DNA of 36,249 nucleotides from an uncultured Deferribacteres bacterium (GTDB lineage Bacteria; Zhuqueibacterota; Zhuqueibacteria; Zhuqueibacterales; Geothermadaptataceae): NCBI GenBank assembly GCA_964014485.1, contig CAXHAT010000070.1, positions 1 to 36,249 of the forward strand, read 5' to 3'. Shown piece by piece: positions 9,134 to 18,702 of this stretch (position 1 is its first letter; each line of letters starts with the position of its first letter). The notes under the pieces were generated by a model. It saw only the letters and a program-made list of their open reading frames with translations, ran no database searches and was not told where the DNA came from. The position numbers and the translations under genes were made by a program.

Positions 9134-12088
9134 ATGAAAAAGTATTTGATCTCAATCTTGACCGCTCTCTTGATTGCTTCATCCGCAATCGCGCAATCTA
9201 TTGACCCGGACGACACGCAGAAAGCACGCAAAAGTCTGGAAATGCTGCGCCAAAAAACGCTTGCTGCGGATCATGTCACGGTCAATGTCACAACGATTCA
9301 CAGGATGCTTGATCTCGGCTTATGGCAGGACGCTTTCACGGCGTTCAGCGCCGTCGATTCAGAAAACGCTGAGGTAAAACTTGCGCGAGCGCGCTACGAA
9401 ATCCTGAACAACGATTTTTCTGCAGCGGAAGCTTTGGTTGAAAGCGTTTTGTTGTCGGCGCCAGAACATCGGCAGGGCAGATTGTTACGTGCGAAGCTTT
9501 TTGTCGAAGCGTGGGAATTGGCAAAAGCGCGGGGGCTTTGCGATTCGCTGCTGGCTGAAAATACAAACGATGAAGAAGTGGCATTGCTGATTGGACGCAT
9601 CTTTTTGCTGGAAAAAGATTTTGAAACAGCGCTCGAATGGGCGAAACGCGTCCAAAGTTTGAATGAAAAAAGCGCCGAGGCTTGGCTGCTGGAATCCGAC
9701 GTACATTTCTGGAATCGGAAGCCGGAACTGGCGGAAGCGCCGCTGCGAAAATGCCTCGAGCTCAATCCTTTTCACGCCGACGCGCGCTTCAACTACGGCT
9801 ACGCCATCTGGCGCCGCGTTGACGCCACGTTGCTCGACGCGATGGCCGCGCAGTGGGAAATCGCCCTGGCTGTCAACCCGCTGAATTACTTGACGCATTG
9901 GCATTGGGGCAACGGACACACAAATTTAACTTACGCCGACTACATTCACCCGACCGACGACGAAGTGCGCGAAAAACTCAAGGAAGCGGACAGTCTCGTC
10001 GCCGTCAATCAAATTCCCGCCGCCATTGAATTCACTCGCGGCGTTGACCGTGAGTTTTCGGAATCCGTTCTCCCGGCGCTCTATCGCGGGTCTTATTTTT
10101 ACATGGCATACGACATGGACCGCGCTGTGCGGCTGGATTCGGCGCAAAATGTTTTTGAAAGTATTCTGGCTGAGAAAAATCACTACGGCCCGGCGCACAA
10201 CGGGCTGGCGGCGGTGATTAAACAAAAGAGAATGGGTTACCTGGCGGTGTTCGATTCTCTGCAAGCTGAGATCGCGAATGCCGAAATCGACGATCACGAT
10301 AATTTCGTCAGCATATTCCCTGACGTGTTGAAATATCCCGGCGACCGGGTGAAGAACATGGTCTGGAACTCGCTTTTTGCGGCGCGTGCGTATTTTCCGA
10401 TGCTTTCAAAAATGAATCGCAAGTACACGATTCCGCCGCTGCACATAGACCTTGCTATTGCTATGAACCGGAATTTTTTCCGCCAGGCGACAACGTTTGA
10501 CAACCGCCAGTGGATGGATATTCGCGGCGTCGGCAGCGGATCGAGCGGGATTGAATATGTAGAGCGCGGCGTGCATCAGGAGCGAAATGTCGTGTTGCAC
10601 GAGTATGTCCATCTCTTCCATGGGCGCGTTTTTACCGATCAGGAAAGCCGTCGGGTGCGGCAGCTTTATTACAATGCGATGGAAAAAAATCTGGTGCTCG
10701 ATTATTATGCGGCCAACAATGAATCGGAGTATTTGGCGCAGGTTTACCCGGCGTTTTTTATACCGGTGAAGGTTCATCCGTTAAACCACAAGTCAATGAA
10801 TACGCGCAGCGATTTGATGAAAAAAGATCCGGAAGCTTTTGCATTCACGGATTCGCTAGTAGCGAAACAGCGCGCATTTCTCAACGGCAACGAGCAGGCC
10901 TTGGCCAGTAATTGGGCGCAGGTTTACCTGAATTTGGCGCAACAAGCGACGATGCGTGCGGTGAACGATTCCACGGCAAAATTGGCCGCAGCTTTGCTTG
11001 ATACGGCGCTGACCTGGAACGAAAATTATCTCCCTGCGATCCTTGGCTATGCCAATCTTCGAACGCGCGAGAAGAATTTTGTACACGCGGAAAAATGGCT
11101 GGAAAAAGCTGTGAACCTAAACGCCAGGTACGCTCCGACCTACACCGGATACGCCGACTTTTACGCCGCTCAAGCTGAACTTGATAAAAAGAAACGCGAC
11201 GGTTTTATTGAAAAGCAGGAAGAAGCGCTGAAGAAGGCGTTTGATTTGGAGACGGATTTTTCCGTTCGTGCACGAATGAATCGTCGATTGCGTGAGTTTT
11301 ACGCCGGGCAAGGCGACGTGCCGAGCGCTATTCGGGCGGCGGAAAGTTACGTGCAAGACGCTCCGACCGTTTCAACCTATCTGCGCGACCGCCGTGACGA
11401 GGCTCTGGCCTATGCCGCCTGGCAAAAGGGCAAGCTGGGCTACATTGATGATGCGCTGGCGGGCATTGAACCCATTGTTAAAATGAAGCCGCAAAACTAT
11501 CCTTTACGCGGCCAACACGCCGAGGTCTTGATCGCGGCGGGAAAATACGATGAAGCCATAGAAAATCTGGAAGAGTTACAGCGTATTTTGAGCGCCGCAC
11601 GCGCGCCAAGTCCGCAATTCATGATCATGATCGCGGAAGCGCATCTAGGGAAAGGCGACGCTTCCACTGCTCGCCAAGCCGTACAGCCGATTCTGGATAA
11701 TGAAAGACGAGCGCGCAATGTCGATCCGCTATGGCTGGCGCGCGTTTATGCTGAAATTGGAGAAATTGAGAAGGCGGAAAAGTTGCTGGGTTCAGCGCAG
11801 GAAGTCGCCAAAACGCCGGGGCAAAGAGCGGATTGGTCGTTCACGGAAGGCGTCGTTTTAAATGCGAAAGGGGAGACGAAGCAGGCGCTGAAGTCGCTTG
11901 AATCCGCGATTGAAAACAACCCCTATCATTTTCAAGCAACGCTGCTTGCTGTAAAATTGACCATGAATGCAGGCAAGGCCAAAAAGGCGCGCAAACTTGG
12001 CGAAGCCGTACAAAAGCTCGAAATGCAGCCGGGCGAAGTCATGCAAGAAAAAATGTCCGCTCTTCTTGCTGACAAATCCAGTGAGTAG
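9134..12088 (+). CDS. Secreted TPR-repeat protein with central M34-like (lethal factor / Pro-Pro endopeptidase-like) zinc metallopeptidase domain
   Basis: Sec signal peptide (MKKYLISIL...AIAQ); TPR-like helical repeats on both sides; NVVLHEYVH (HExxH at 10598-10612) and YAANNESEYLAQ. Confidence 0.75.
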   Translation: MKKYLISILTALLIASSAIAQSIDPDDTQKARKSLEMLRQKTLAADHVTVNVTTIHRMLDLGLWQDAFTAFSAVDSENAEVKLARARYEILNNDFSAAEALVESVLLSAPEHRQGRLLRAKLFVEAWELAKARGLCDSLLAENTNDEEVALLIGRIFLLEKDFETALEWAKRVQSLNEKSAEAWLLESDVHFWNRKPELAEAPLRKCLELNPFHADARFNYGYAIWRRVDATLLDAMAAQWEIALAVNPLNYLTHWHWGNGHTNLTYADYIHPTDDEVREKLKEADSLVAVNQIPAAIEFTRGVDREFSESVLPALYRGSYFYMAYDMDRAVRLDSAQNVFESILAEKNHYGPAHNGLAAVIKQKRMGYLAVFDSLQAEIANAEIDDHDNFVSIFPDVLKYPGDRVKNMVWNSLFAARAYFPMLSKMNRKYTIPPLHIDLAIAMNRNFFRQATTFDNRQWMDIRGVGSGSSGIEYVERGVHQERNVVLHEYVHLFHGRVFTDQESRRVRQLYYNAMEKNLVLDYYAANNESEYLAQVYPAFFIPVKVHPLNHKSMNTRSDLMKKDPEAFAFTDSLVAKQRAFLNGNEQALASNWAQVYLNLAQQATMRAVNDSTAKLAAALLDTALTWNENYLPAILGYANLRTREKNFVHAEKWLEKAVNLNARYAPTYTGYADFYAAQAELDKKKRDGFIEKQEEALKKAFDLETDFSVRARMNRRLREFYAGQGDVPSAIRAAESYVQDAPTVSTYLRDRRDEALAYAAWQKGKLGYIDDALAGIEPIVKMKPQNYPLRGQHAEVLIAAGKYDEAIENLEELQRILSAARAPSPQFMIMIAEAHLGKGDASTARQAVQPILDNERRARNVDPLWLARVYAEIGEIEKAEKLLGSAQEVAKTPGQRADWSFTEGVVLNAKGETKQALKSLESAIENNPYHFQATLLAVKLTMNAGKAKKARKLGEAVQKLEMQPGEVMQEKMSALLADKSSE

Positions 12089-12199
12089 GGTTTTAATTAT
12101 GTTGGTTAAGAAGTGGATTGAAGTCGCTGCGAAATAAAATTAAGGACTGTGCTTAGGGTTTTGGGCTCTGTATGGTTCTTTGTAAGTACGCTTTGCAAA

Positions 12200-12494
12200 C
12201 TTACGCCGAAGGCGTTAGACTCCATAGCCCAGGGAGCGCGACGCGTCGCGCTCCCTGGGAAAATTGCCACGCATCAACAAATCCTGAAAGGATTTTATAA
12301 GAACAGGGTTCCTGTTTATAACTATGAACCCATATTTTTACCAGCCGCCCTTTTAACCACAGACCGCGACATTTTTTGAGGGAAAAATAGTTTGTCAAAC
12401 GCTTTCAGCGTTTTAACGCCCCGGGGATGAATCCCAGGGTATGCCGATGCGTCGGCATACCCTGGGCTGTGGAATCTAACGCCTTCGGCGTAAG
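12200..12494. mobile_element. Non-autonomous REPIN/MITE-like element, family C, 295 bp
   Basis: 35-bp terminal inverted repeats with 2 mismatches; internal palindromes 12228-12259 (perfect 32 bp) and 12433-12466; mirror hairpins 12279-12295 (GAA loop) and 12397-12413 (TTC loop). Confidence 0.8.
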
Positions 12495-12499
12495 GTGTT

Positions 12500-12624
12500 G
12501 ATCAAATATTGGAAATGGTTTAACACATGGCAGGGGATGGCAAAGCGGGACGGAAATAACAGGTCTTGCTGGTTGGCGGAGTGCTTATGATGCGGGATGT
12601 TTCAATTTGCGGGTGACGTGGAGC
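12500..12624 (-). pseudogene. Frameshifted 3' remnant of a TumE/DUF6516-like toxin gene
   Basis: Minus strand reads APRHPQIET, 1-nt frameshift, PHHKH, matching the recalled family motif (DN)APHHP-x3-TFPHHKH; no 5' part present. Confidence 0.6.
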
Positions 12625-12937
12625 GCAGACCCGACTGATAACCGGCTATTTCATTCTCGATGATTTTGGCTCTTTCGATCAAATGACTCCATTCGCCGTA
12701 ATCCTCGTGAATTCCATAATCGGCTGATTCCGGCATTTGGTTTTCAAACGATTCAAACGTCGCCTTGTATTTTTGGGAAAACGTCTCAATCCTGGAATGG
12801 ACTTTTTCGAGCTCTTCACGCTCATCTTCTATGAGGCGGGTGAGAGAATCCCGGATGGCAATGAGAAGGAATTTATCACCGACTTTGGGGATCAAACCGG
12901 CCACAGCTTCCGGTACCTGAAGTTGAATTGTGGTCAT
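12602..12937 (-). CDS. Small coiled-coil protein, putative antitoxin of a TumE-type TA pair
   Basis: 111 aa with FSQKYKATFESFE...HEDYGEW pattern; AAGG upstream; followed by the toxin remnant. Confidence 0.6.
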   Translation of the reverse strand: MTTIQLQVPEAVAGLIPKVGDKFLLIAIRDSLTRLIEDEREELEKVHSRIETFSQKYKATFESFENQMPESADYGIHEDYGEWSHLIERAKIIENEIAGYQSGLRSTSPAN

Positions 12938-13057
12938 ACCTTAAATCCCGTTGAGAAATATTCGTTTTTAAAACAATACTCAACCACGGTTCAATTTCAA
13001 AGCAAAAGTTTTAATTCCCGGAACACAGGCTGTCAGGAACAGAAAACTGGATGCGAA

Positions 13058-14053
13058 TCATCGGAACATTTTTGAACCGTCAGCCGTCGCCAACCGCTCT
13101 CGCATTGCACGAATATGCCCGGGCGTGGTTCGGCAGCATCCGCCAATCAGTGTGGCGCCGGCTTCGCGCCATCGCAAACCGGCGTCGGCAAAATCCGTTG
13201 CGGCTGTGGCGCCATGCCAGGTTTTTGACAGGGAATCATAAGACTCGCCGGAATTGGGGTAAACCACAACGCGCTTATTTGGCGCGGCCTTCCGGATGGA
13301 ATGAATCAAATTGACAAGATGCTGGGGCGGGGTGCAATTGACGCCGATGGCCGCAATCTGATCACAGTCTTGCAAAAAAGCGGCGCATTCCGCAATCGGC
13401 GTCCCGTCGCTGATACGCCCGCCGTCACGACAGGAAAAACTGACCCAGGCGGGTTTGTCGGGCGTTTGCCTGATCAGGCGGCGCAAAACGCGCGCTTCCC
13501 GGAAGCTGGGAATGGTTTCGCAAGCGATGATATCCGCCGGGGTCTCCGCGAAAATCTGCCATCGCTCGGCATGAAATCGGTAGAGCGCCTCGTCGTTGAC
13601 GTCATAATCACCGCGGTATTCCGAGCCGTCGGCCAGGAAAGCGCCGTAGGGCCCGATGCTCGCCGCGACGATAGGGCGGAGACGCGCGAGCCCGCTCTCG
13701 CGATGTTTATCAACCCAATCGTCTCGCGCTTCACAAGCCAGCAGAACAGCTTTTCGTAAAAGATTTTCCGTCTGCTTTTTCGTAAGGCCCTGCGCGAGAA
13801 AGCCGGGAATGCTCGCTTGATAGCTTGCCGCCGTTACGCAATCGGCGCCGGCGTCGAGGTAAGCCTCATGCACGGCGCGAATCTCATTGGGATGCGTCAT
13901 CAGCAAGCGCGCCGACCACAGGGGATGGTTCAGATCATGCCCCTGCCGCTCGAGTTCGGTCGCCAGACCGCCGTCGAGAATGATCACGCCTTGACGCTCA
14001 AAAAACGGCGTCAGGCTTGAAGTCGGCTGACTGCTTTTAGAAGAGGGTTGCAT
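13058..14053 (-). CDS. mmuM: Homocysteine S-methyltransferase
   Basis: ILDGGLATELE, PLWSA, ASIGPYGAFLADGSEY, GVNC, YPNSGE, IGGCCRT Zn ligands. Confidence 0.95.
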   Translation of the reverse strand: MQPSSKSSQPTSSLTPFFERQGVIILDGGLATELERQGHDLNHPLWSARLLMTHPNEIRAVHEAYLDAGADCVTAASYQASIPGFLAQGLTKKQTENLLRKAVLLACEARDDWVDKHRESGLARLRPIVAASIGPYGAFLADGSEYRGDYDVNDEALYRFHAERWQIFAETPADIIACETIPSFREARVLRRLIRQTPDKPAWVSFSCRDGGRISDGTPIAECAAFLQDCDQIAAIGVNCTPPQHLVNLIHSIRKAAPNKRVVVYPNSGESYDSLSKTWHGATAATDFADAGLRWREAGATLIGGCCRTTPGHIRAMRERLATADGSKMFR

Positions 14054-14126
14054 GCGCTTGAAATTTAAAATCAGAGTTTAGGAAACGTCGGCCTCATTTC
14101 GTTTACGTCGCGGTTCGGTTGTCCAA

Positions 14127-14834
14127 TCAACACCTTGCCATCTTCCGTTTTTTGCCGATCCTTCCCGCTCCCTTCACTTTTTCAATATAATCAACCGCAA
14201 AAGGCACTTTGCACGCCGTGCCGCCCATTTCGACATGCACCTTGCCGTTTTCTGCGCCAATCTCGATGGCCAGTTCCGTTAACGCAGCCACTGAAGATCC
14301 GGCGGCAATGACAAACCCGTTCATCGTGTATCGCACCCGGTTTTGCGCCTGGTGGATTTCCTTTCTAACGCGCTCCAGCAATTGCCGTAATTCATCGACG
14401 GGCAAATCATCATCTTGCTTAATCCCGACCAAACTGCCCAGCGTCGCCCATCCGGCGCTGGCAATGCTTTCGTCATCGGAGTCGATCCATTCGCAAGCAA
14501 GCTCATAACCAAATCTGCTCTCCGCCGCGACCCATGCGACGGTGTATTCGCTAAGTTGCGACCAGTACGCTTTTTCAACCCAATTCTGCAAATCTTCTTT
14601 GGTTATTTTATCCTCGTCGGCGATGAGTCCGGCGAGATACATCGCGTCGGAATTGCCGGTGTCATAAAGCGCGAGAGAAAGCTCGTGATCTTTCTTCACT
14701 TTCTTCTGGATTTTTTTCATGTCGCCGACTTTCACGCCAAAAAACGGCTCTTTGGCGCCGTGCTTCATCAGCGTTTTCTTCGTGCTTTCGCTGCCCATTT
14801 GAGCGAGTTGTTCGAGAACTTCCGGTGCGGTCAT
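14127..14834 (-). CDS. DNA alkylation repair protein (AlkD-like HEAT repeat)
   Basis: FGVKVGD, LALYDTGNSDAMYLA, RVRYTMNGF, GGTACKVP patterns. Confidence 0.85.
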   Translation of the reverse strand: MTAPEVLEQLAQMGSESTKKTLMKHGAKEPFFGVKVGDMKKIQKKVKKDHELSLALYDTGNSDAMYLAGLIADEDKITKEDLQNWVEKAYWSQLSEYTVAWVAAESRFGYELACEWIDSDDESIASAGWATLGSLVGIKQDDDLPVDELRQLLERVRKEIHQAQNRVRYTMNGFVIAAGSSVAALTELAIEIGAENGKVHVEMGGTACKVPFAVDYIEKVKGAGRIGKKRKMARC

Positions 14835-14867
14835 TTTTGTCTTCTCTTGGCTAAAAATTCCATTTTA

Positions 14868-14970
14868 TGTCATTTCCGCCCCGCCTGCGTGAGAATAAAC
14901 TCTGGCGGAACTCATAAATTGTATAAAACCATTGGATTTCCGCCACGCGATAAAGACTACGCGGATAACA
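14868..14970. repeat. Degenerate TGTCATTCCCGC...GCGGGAATGACA-type REP-like remnant
   Basis: TGTCATTTCCGCC...GGCGGAA followed by TGGATTTCCGCC...GCGGATAACA; heavily decayed. Confidence 0.4.
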
Positions 14971-14976
14971 CGAATC

Positions 14977-15181
14977 TGTCCCGGAGGAACAGTCGAAAAT
15001 AGCCCGCCAGTTGACTGGCGGGAAAGTAACCAGTCATTTTATGTGTGAAGTCCCGGCAGGGACGACCGAGATTTCTATTTAACGCCCAAACTCAACCGTC
15101 CCTGACGGGACTCGCAAAAAAAGGGCGTCTTGAGTCCAGCCAATTCATTGGCTGGCTATTTTCGAATGTCCCTCCGGGACA
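14977..15181. mobile_element. Non-autonomous REPIN/MITE-like element, family D, 205 bp
   Basis: 28-bp terminal inverted repeats with 2 mismatches (TGTCCCGGAGG...); palindromes 15003-15022 and 15136-15155; inner inverted pair 15049-15070 / 15091-15112. Confidence 0.8.
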
Positions 15182-15197
15182 AAATACGAATTTTCCA

Positions 15198-17861
15198 CTA
15201 ATGCGACGGTCCAAAAAACAACGCATTAAATAACAACACGTTAAGCCCGTCCATATAGGCGCGGAAATTGGGGTCTTCCGCAAACGCGACCACGTTGCCG
15301 CGGCCAAAGCGCTGGTGCATCAAGAACGCCTTATTCGCCAATTGCTTTTTCGTTTCTTCCCAAGTAAAACCGCTCACGACTAAATCATCTTCCGCCGCGT
15401 AGAGTCCAACGTTTCGCCCTTTATCGAGCTTGAGCGGCGTAAAAATGCGATTGCTTTGCATCATCACGTTTGTGTCGCCGTCGTAGCCAAAGCCCAACCA
15501 GTGCTCGCCGTCGAGAGCCACGCGGCAGATTGCGCCGGAAATAGCTGCGGGCCATTCTTTTTCCGGCTGAATCGCTTTTTCAACGTCAAACGGTGCGTCT
15601 GCGTTGGGTTTTTCCTTTTTCTCTTTTTCAGGCTTGCCGCCCTTTTGCTCGCGTTCCGTCGCCAGCAAGCCGACTTTTTTGTCCGACAGCCAAAGCGCTC
15701 CGTTGGCGTAAGTGACGAGCGTCCCGCCTGAGCGCAGCCAATCCTTGATTCGGCCAACGCCGCTCTCGGAAATAGCCGAAGAATAACCGCCGCGTGCGTC
15801 TGGGAGCACGAGCACGTTGTACTTGCTGAGATCAGCGCCGCTGAGCTGGTTGGCGTGCAAAAGCGTGACGGGATAGCCGTAAGCCTGCTCAATCAAGTAA
15901 CGCGTCCAGCCGACAGAGTAAGCGCTGACCGGGCGGTTGTAGGCCAGTGCGATTTTAGGCTTTTTCAAAAATTGCACGTTGTTGCTGCCAAAATTCACGC
16001 CTTCTTCCACCCAGCTTGAATTGGTCGCCGTGATTTCCGCGCCTGTTTCCGCCGCAATTTTTTCGAGACGCGCGTGCAGATCGTCCGGATTATTTTTAGT
16101 CTTCACAATGAGCGTTCCGGCGGGATATTTTTCCCCGGACATGGTGAAAGGCTTATCCGTAGAAAAGACGCGAATATCTTCACGGAAAAGTCGCGCCAAT
16201 GCGCGGACGGCGCTGTGCGCGCCCCAAGGAATCAGGTAAGCCAATTCAGCTTTTGCCGATACGCGACCTGAAGAAGCTTGTCCGTCATAATCTTGAAAAT
16301 CTCCGCTCGAGGCTGTCCGTGCGCGATAACACGAGACGTCGAACAGCAGTGGCAGCGACCAGGCCGTGATGTCGTAAATTTGATCGCCGAGCCGTTTTTT
16401 GCGACGACGCAATTGCTCCTGAATAAATGCGTCCGTCATCGGTATTTCTTTCGCCATGAGCGTTTTGAGCAGACGTTTTGAAGGCTGCGCCAGCGAAACG
16501 ATAAATGATCCGGCTGGAAATTCCATGTTCTGTACGGCGCCGCCAAAATAATCTTGCACTTGTGAATTGCTGAACGACGCTTTCGCTTGCTTGACTTCAA
16601 TGCCCTGACCGGCCAAAAGCGCCGCGAGTTTTTCCGCTCGTCCTGCGTCGCCTTTCGGCGTGATGATATATTCCTTAACCGTTTCTGTGCGGCCTTCCTC
16701 GATCCCGGACTGCCAATAATCATAAAAATCCTGCAAGACTTTCCGGCGATTCACCGCCGCCGTTTCCGCCGTGGCAAGCGAAGCAATAAAATGATGCTGC
16801 ACGGTTTCGCGGAAGTGCATCGTCGTTTCGTCGTCGCGATCCACGACCAGCCCGCGCGACGACCCTTGCTCGTAGGTCATGGCCACCGCGCCGTTCAGCG
16901 TTGGCCAGCTCGCGCCGTAGCCCGGATAAAACGAGTCGAAAACTTCGCGATTGAAATAGTCGAACTTCATAATGTCGAACCATTTGGAATTGTTGCGGCC
17001 GTACATTTCAAAGCCCTGAACCTGGGACTCGGAATATTCGGGGTTGATCGGCAGCGGGGTGGGAGGGAAGAAGTATGATGAGTTTGACCCCATCTCGTGC
17101 AAATCGACAAAAACCTGCGGCCGCCATTCCTGAAACACCTTGACGCGCGCCTTCGACTCCGGCTGCGTTTGCGCAAACCAGTCGCGATTCAAATCAAACA
17201 AATAGTGGTTGGTGCGCCCGCCCGGCCAATTTTCGCGGTGTTCGGCGGCTTGGGGATCGCCGTCCGGCCAGCGCCCGCGCGTTTGGCGGAAATAGTTGAT
17301 AAATCGATCACGCCCGTCAGGGTTTTGCATGGGGTCGATGATGACGATGCTGTTTTGCAGCACCGTGTCCGTCAGCGTGTCGCCTTGCGCGGCGGCAAGA
17401 TGGTACGCGGTCAGCAGTGCAGCGTCCGGGCTGGAGATTTCATTGCCATGCACGCCGTAGGACAGCCAGACGATGGAAGGCGAATTTTCAATCAGGTCGT
17501 TTGCGTCATTCTCGCCAAGATTGCGCGGATCAGTGAGACTCAGATTTGCTTTTTGAACGTCGTCCAACCGCGCCATGTTCGCTTCTGAGGCAACGATCAC
17601 ATAGTTCAACGAACGCCCTTCCCAGGTTTCGCCGAACGTGATCAATTTGACTTTGGGCGACGCTTCCGCAAGCGCGCGCAGATAATGCACCGCTTCATGG
17701 TGCATGGTGATTTTTTCGCCCCAGGAATGCCCGGTTGTTTGCTCCAAAGTCGGGATCGAAGCATCGTAACGAGCGTTCGGGTAGAATTCAAAATTTTGCG
17801 AGAGAGCGGGGACGGTTAAAACGGTGATTAAAATCAGGTAAGCTGCTGAAAGACGACGCAT
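15198..17861 (-). CDS. Secreted M14-family zinc carboxypeptidase with C-terminal GATase-like domain
   Basis: Signal peptide; HGNE, QNPDGR, DLNRDW, DLHEM, TYEQ; C-terminal VLVLP...WLRSGGTLV. Confidence 0.9.
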   Translation of the reverse strand: MRRLSAAYLILITVLTVPALSQNFEFYPNARYDASIPTLEQTTGHSWGEKITMHHEAVHYLRALAEASPKVKLITFGETWEGRSLNYVIVASEANMARLDDVQKANLSLTDPRNLGENDANDLIENSPSIVWLSYGVHGNEISSPDAALLTAYHLAAAQGDTLTDTVLQNSIVIIDPMQNPDGRDRFINYFRQTRGRWPDGDPQAAEHRENWPGGRTNHYLFDLNRDWFAQTQPESKARVKVFQEWRPQVFVDLHEMGSNSSYFFPPTPLPINPEYSESQVQGFEMYGRNNSKWFDIMKFDYFNREVFDSFYPGYGASWPTLNGAVAMTYEQGSSRGLVVDRDDETTMHFRETVQHHFIASLATAETAAVNRRKVLQDFYDYWQSGIEEGRTETVKEYIITPKGDAGRAEKLAALLAGQGIEVKQAKASFSNSQVQDYFGGAVQNMEFPAGSFIVSLAQPSKRLLKTLMAKEIPMTDAFIQEQLRRRKKRLGDQIYDITAWSLPLLFDVSCYRARTASSGDFQDYDGQASSGRVSAKAELAYLIPWGAHSAVRALARLFREDIRVFSTDKPFTMSGEKYPAGTLIVKTKNNPDDLHARLEKIAAETGAEITATNSSWVEEGVNFGSNNVQFLKKPKIALAYNRPVSAYSVGWTRYLIEQAYGYPVTLLHANQLSGADLSKYNVLVLPDARGGYSSAISESGVGRIKDWLRSGGTLVTYANGALWLSDKKVGLLATEREQKGGKPEKEKKEKPNADAPFDVEKAIQPEKEWPAAISGAICRVALDGEHWLGFGYDGDTNVMMQSNRIFTPLKLDKGRNVGLYAAEDDLVVSGFTWEETKKQLANKAFLMHQRFGRGNVVAFAEDPNFRAYMDGLNVLLFNALFFGPSH

Positions 17862-18029
17862 TCCAAATTCCTCCTTAATGTATCCGATTCTTGGGCGAGA
17901 AACGCTTCAAGGAAAAACGTGCAGGCAGGAAAAACAACTGATGATGCACGAAGGCGCTTGCCGCATTTCAGCGGTGATTCACAAACACCGTTCTATTTCG
18001 GTTTTCAAAGGGACGAGAAATGATAGCTT

Positions 18030-18272
18030 TTAAGAAGCCAAGGCGTCGTGCGTTTCAGGTTCGGCGGCGGGAATTTCAGCCAATGCGTTGAGGAAATCCT
18101 CTTCGTTGAAGTTTTGTGCGCGCTCATTGAAGAATAGCATGGTTTCGTAGCGGATGATTTCGTTTGAGATGGAATTCACAAGTAATTGGTTGATTGATAG
18201 TTTTTCACGTTTTGCGATCTTTCTAACCTTATTGTGAATCGAATCCGGCAAACGAAGTTGCAGCTTAGACAT
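18030..18272 (-). CDS. Ribbon-helix-helix (HicB-like) antitoxin
   Basis: LQLRLPDSIH...AKREKLSINQL RHH pattern; overlaps the PIN gene stop by 8 nt. Confidence 0.8.
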   Translation of the reverse strand: MSKLQLRLPDSIHNKVRKIAKREKLSINQLLVNSISNEIIRYETMLFFNERAQNFNEEDFLNALAEIPAAEPETHDALAS

Positions 18273-18702
18273 GGAGAGCCTCTTGTAAAAATTCCTGCGG
18301 AGTAATGATTGTAAATTTATAAGGCGCTAAATCAGCGTTTTTGAAATCTTTGGTGTTGAAAGTCACAATATGATCTGCGTTGTAATTAACTGCGCATTCA
18401 AAAACCATATTGTCGTTTTCATCTTTAAGGTTTGGTCTAAGTTTAAAATAGATTGACGTTTCATCAGCGTAAAAGGCCAACGCTTTCAGAATTGCATCCT
18501 TACTGTCTGCCGAAATTCTCAAAATTCTGGAGTGAAACAATTTTTCGATTCGATACTCATATTCAAGATAAAGCGGAATTGAAATGCCGAATCTAAATCG
18601 ATTTGTGTGTAGGTTGTTCAATATTTTGAAGCTTGCTCCGAGCCGACTTCGGAGTGCTGATTCGAGAACGTTAGTGTCCAAGACTATCTTTTTTAGTGCC
18701 AT
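18265..18702 (-). CDS. PIN-domain toxin (ATG 18702)
   Basis: KIVLDTNV, EYE, LRPNLKDENDNMVFECAV, IVTFNTKDF acidic PIN residues. Confidence 0.88.
   Translation of the reverse strand: MALKKIVLDTNVLESALRSRLGASFKILNNLHTNRFRFGISIPLYLEYEYRIEKLFHSRILRISADSKDAILKALAFYADETSIYFKLRPNLKDENDNMVFECAVNYNADHIVTFNTKDFKNADLAPYKFTIITPQEFLQEALHV

Noticed and set aside
12149..12398. Small ORFs 12149-12379 and 12201-12398 sharing the peptide QGARRVALPG
   Set aside because: Artefact of the perfect 32-bp palindrome read on both strands.
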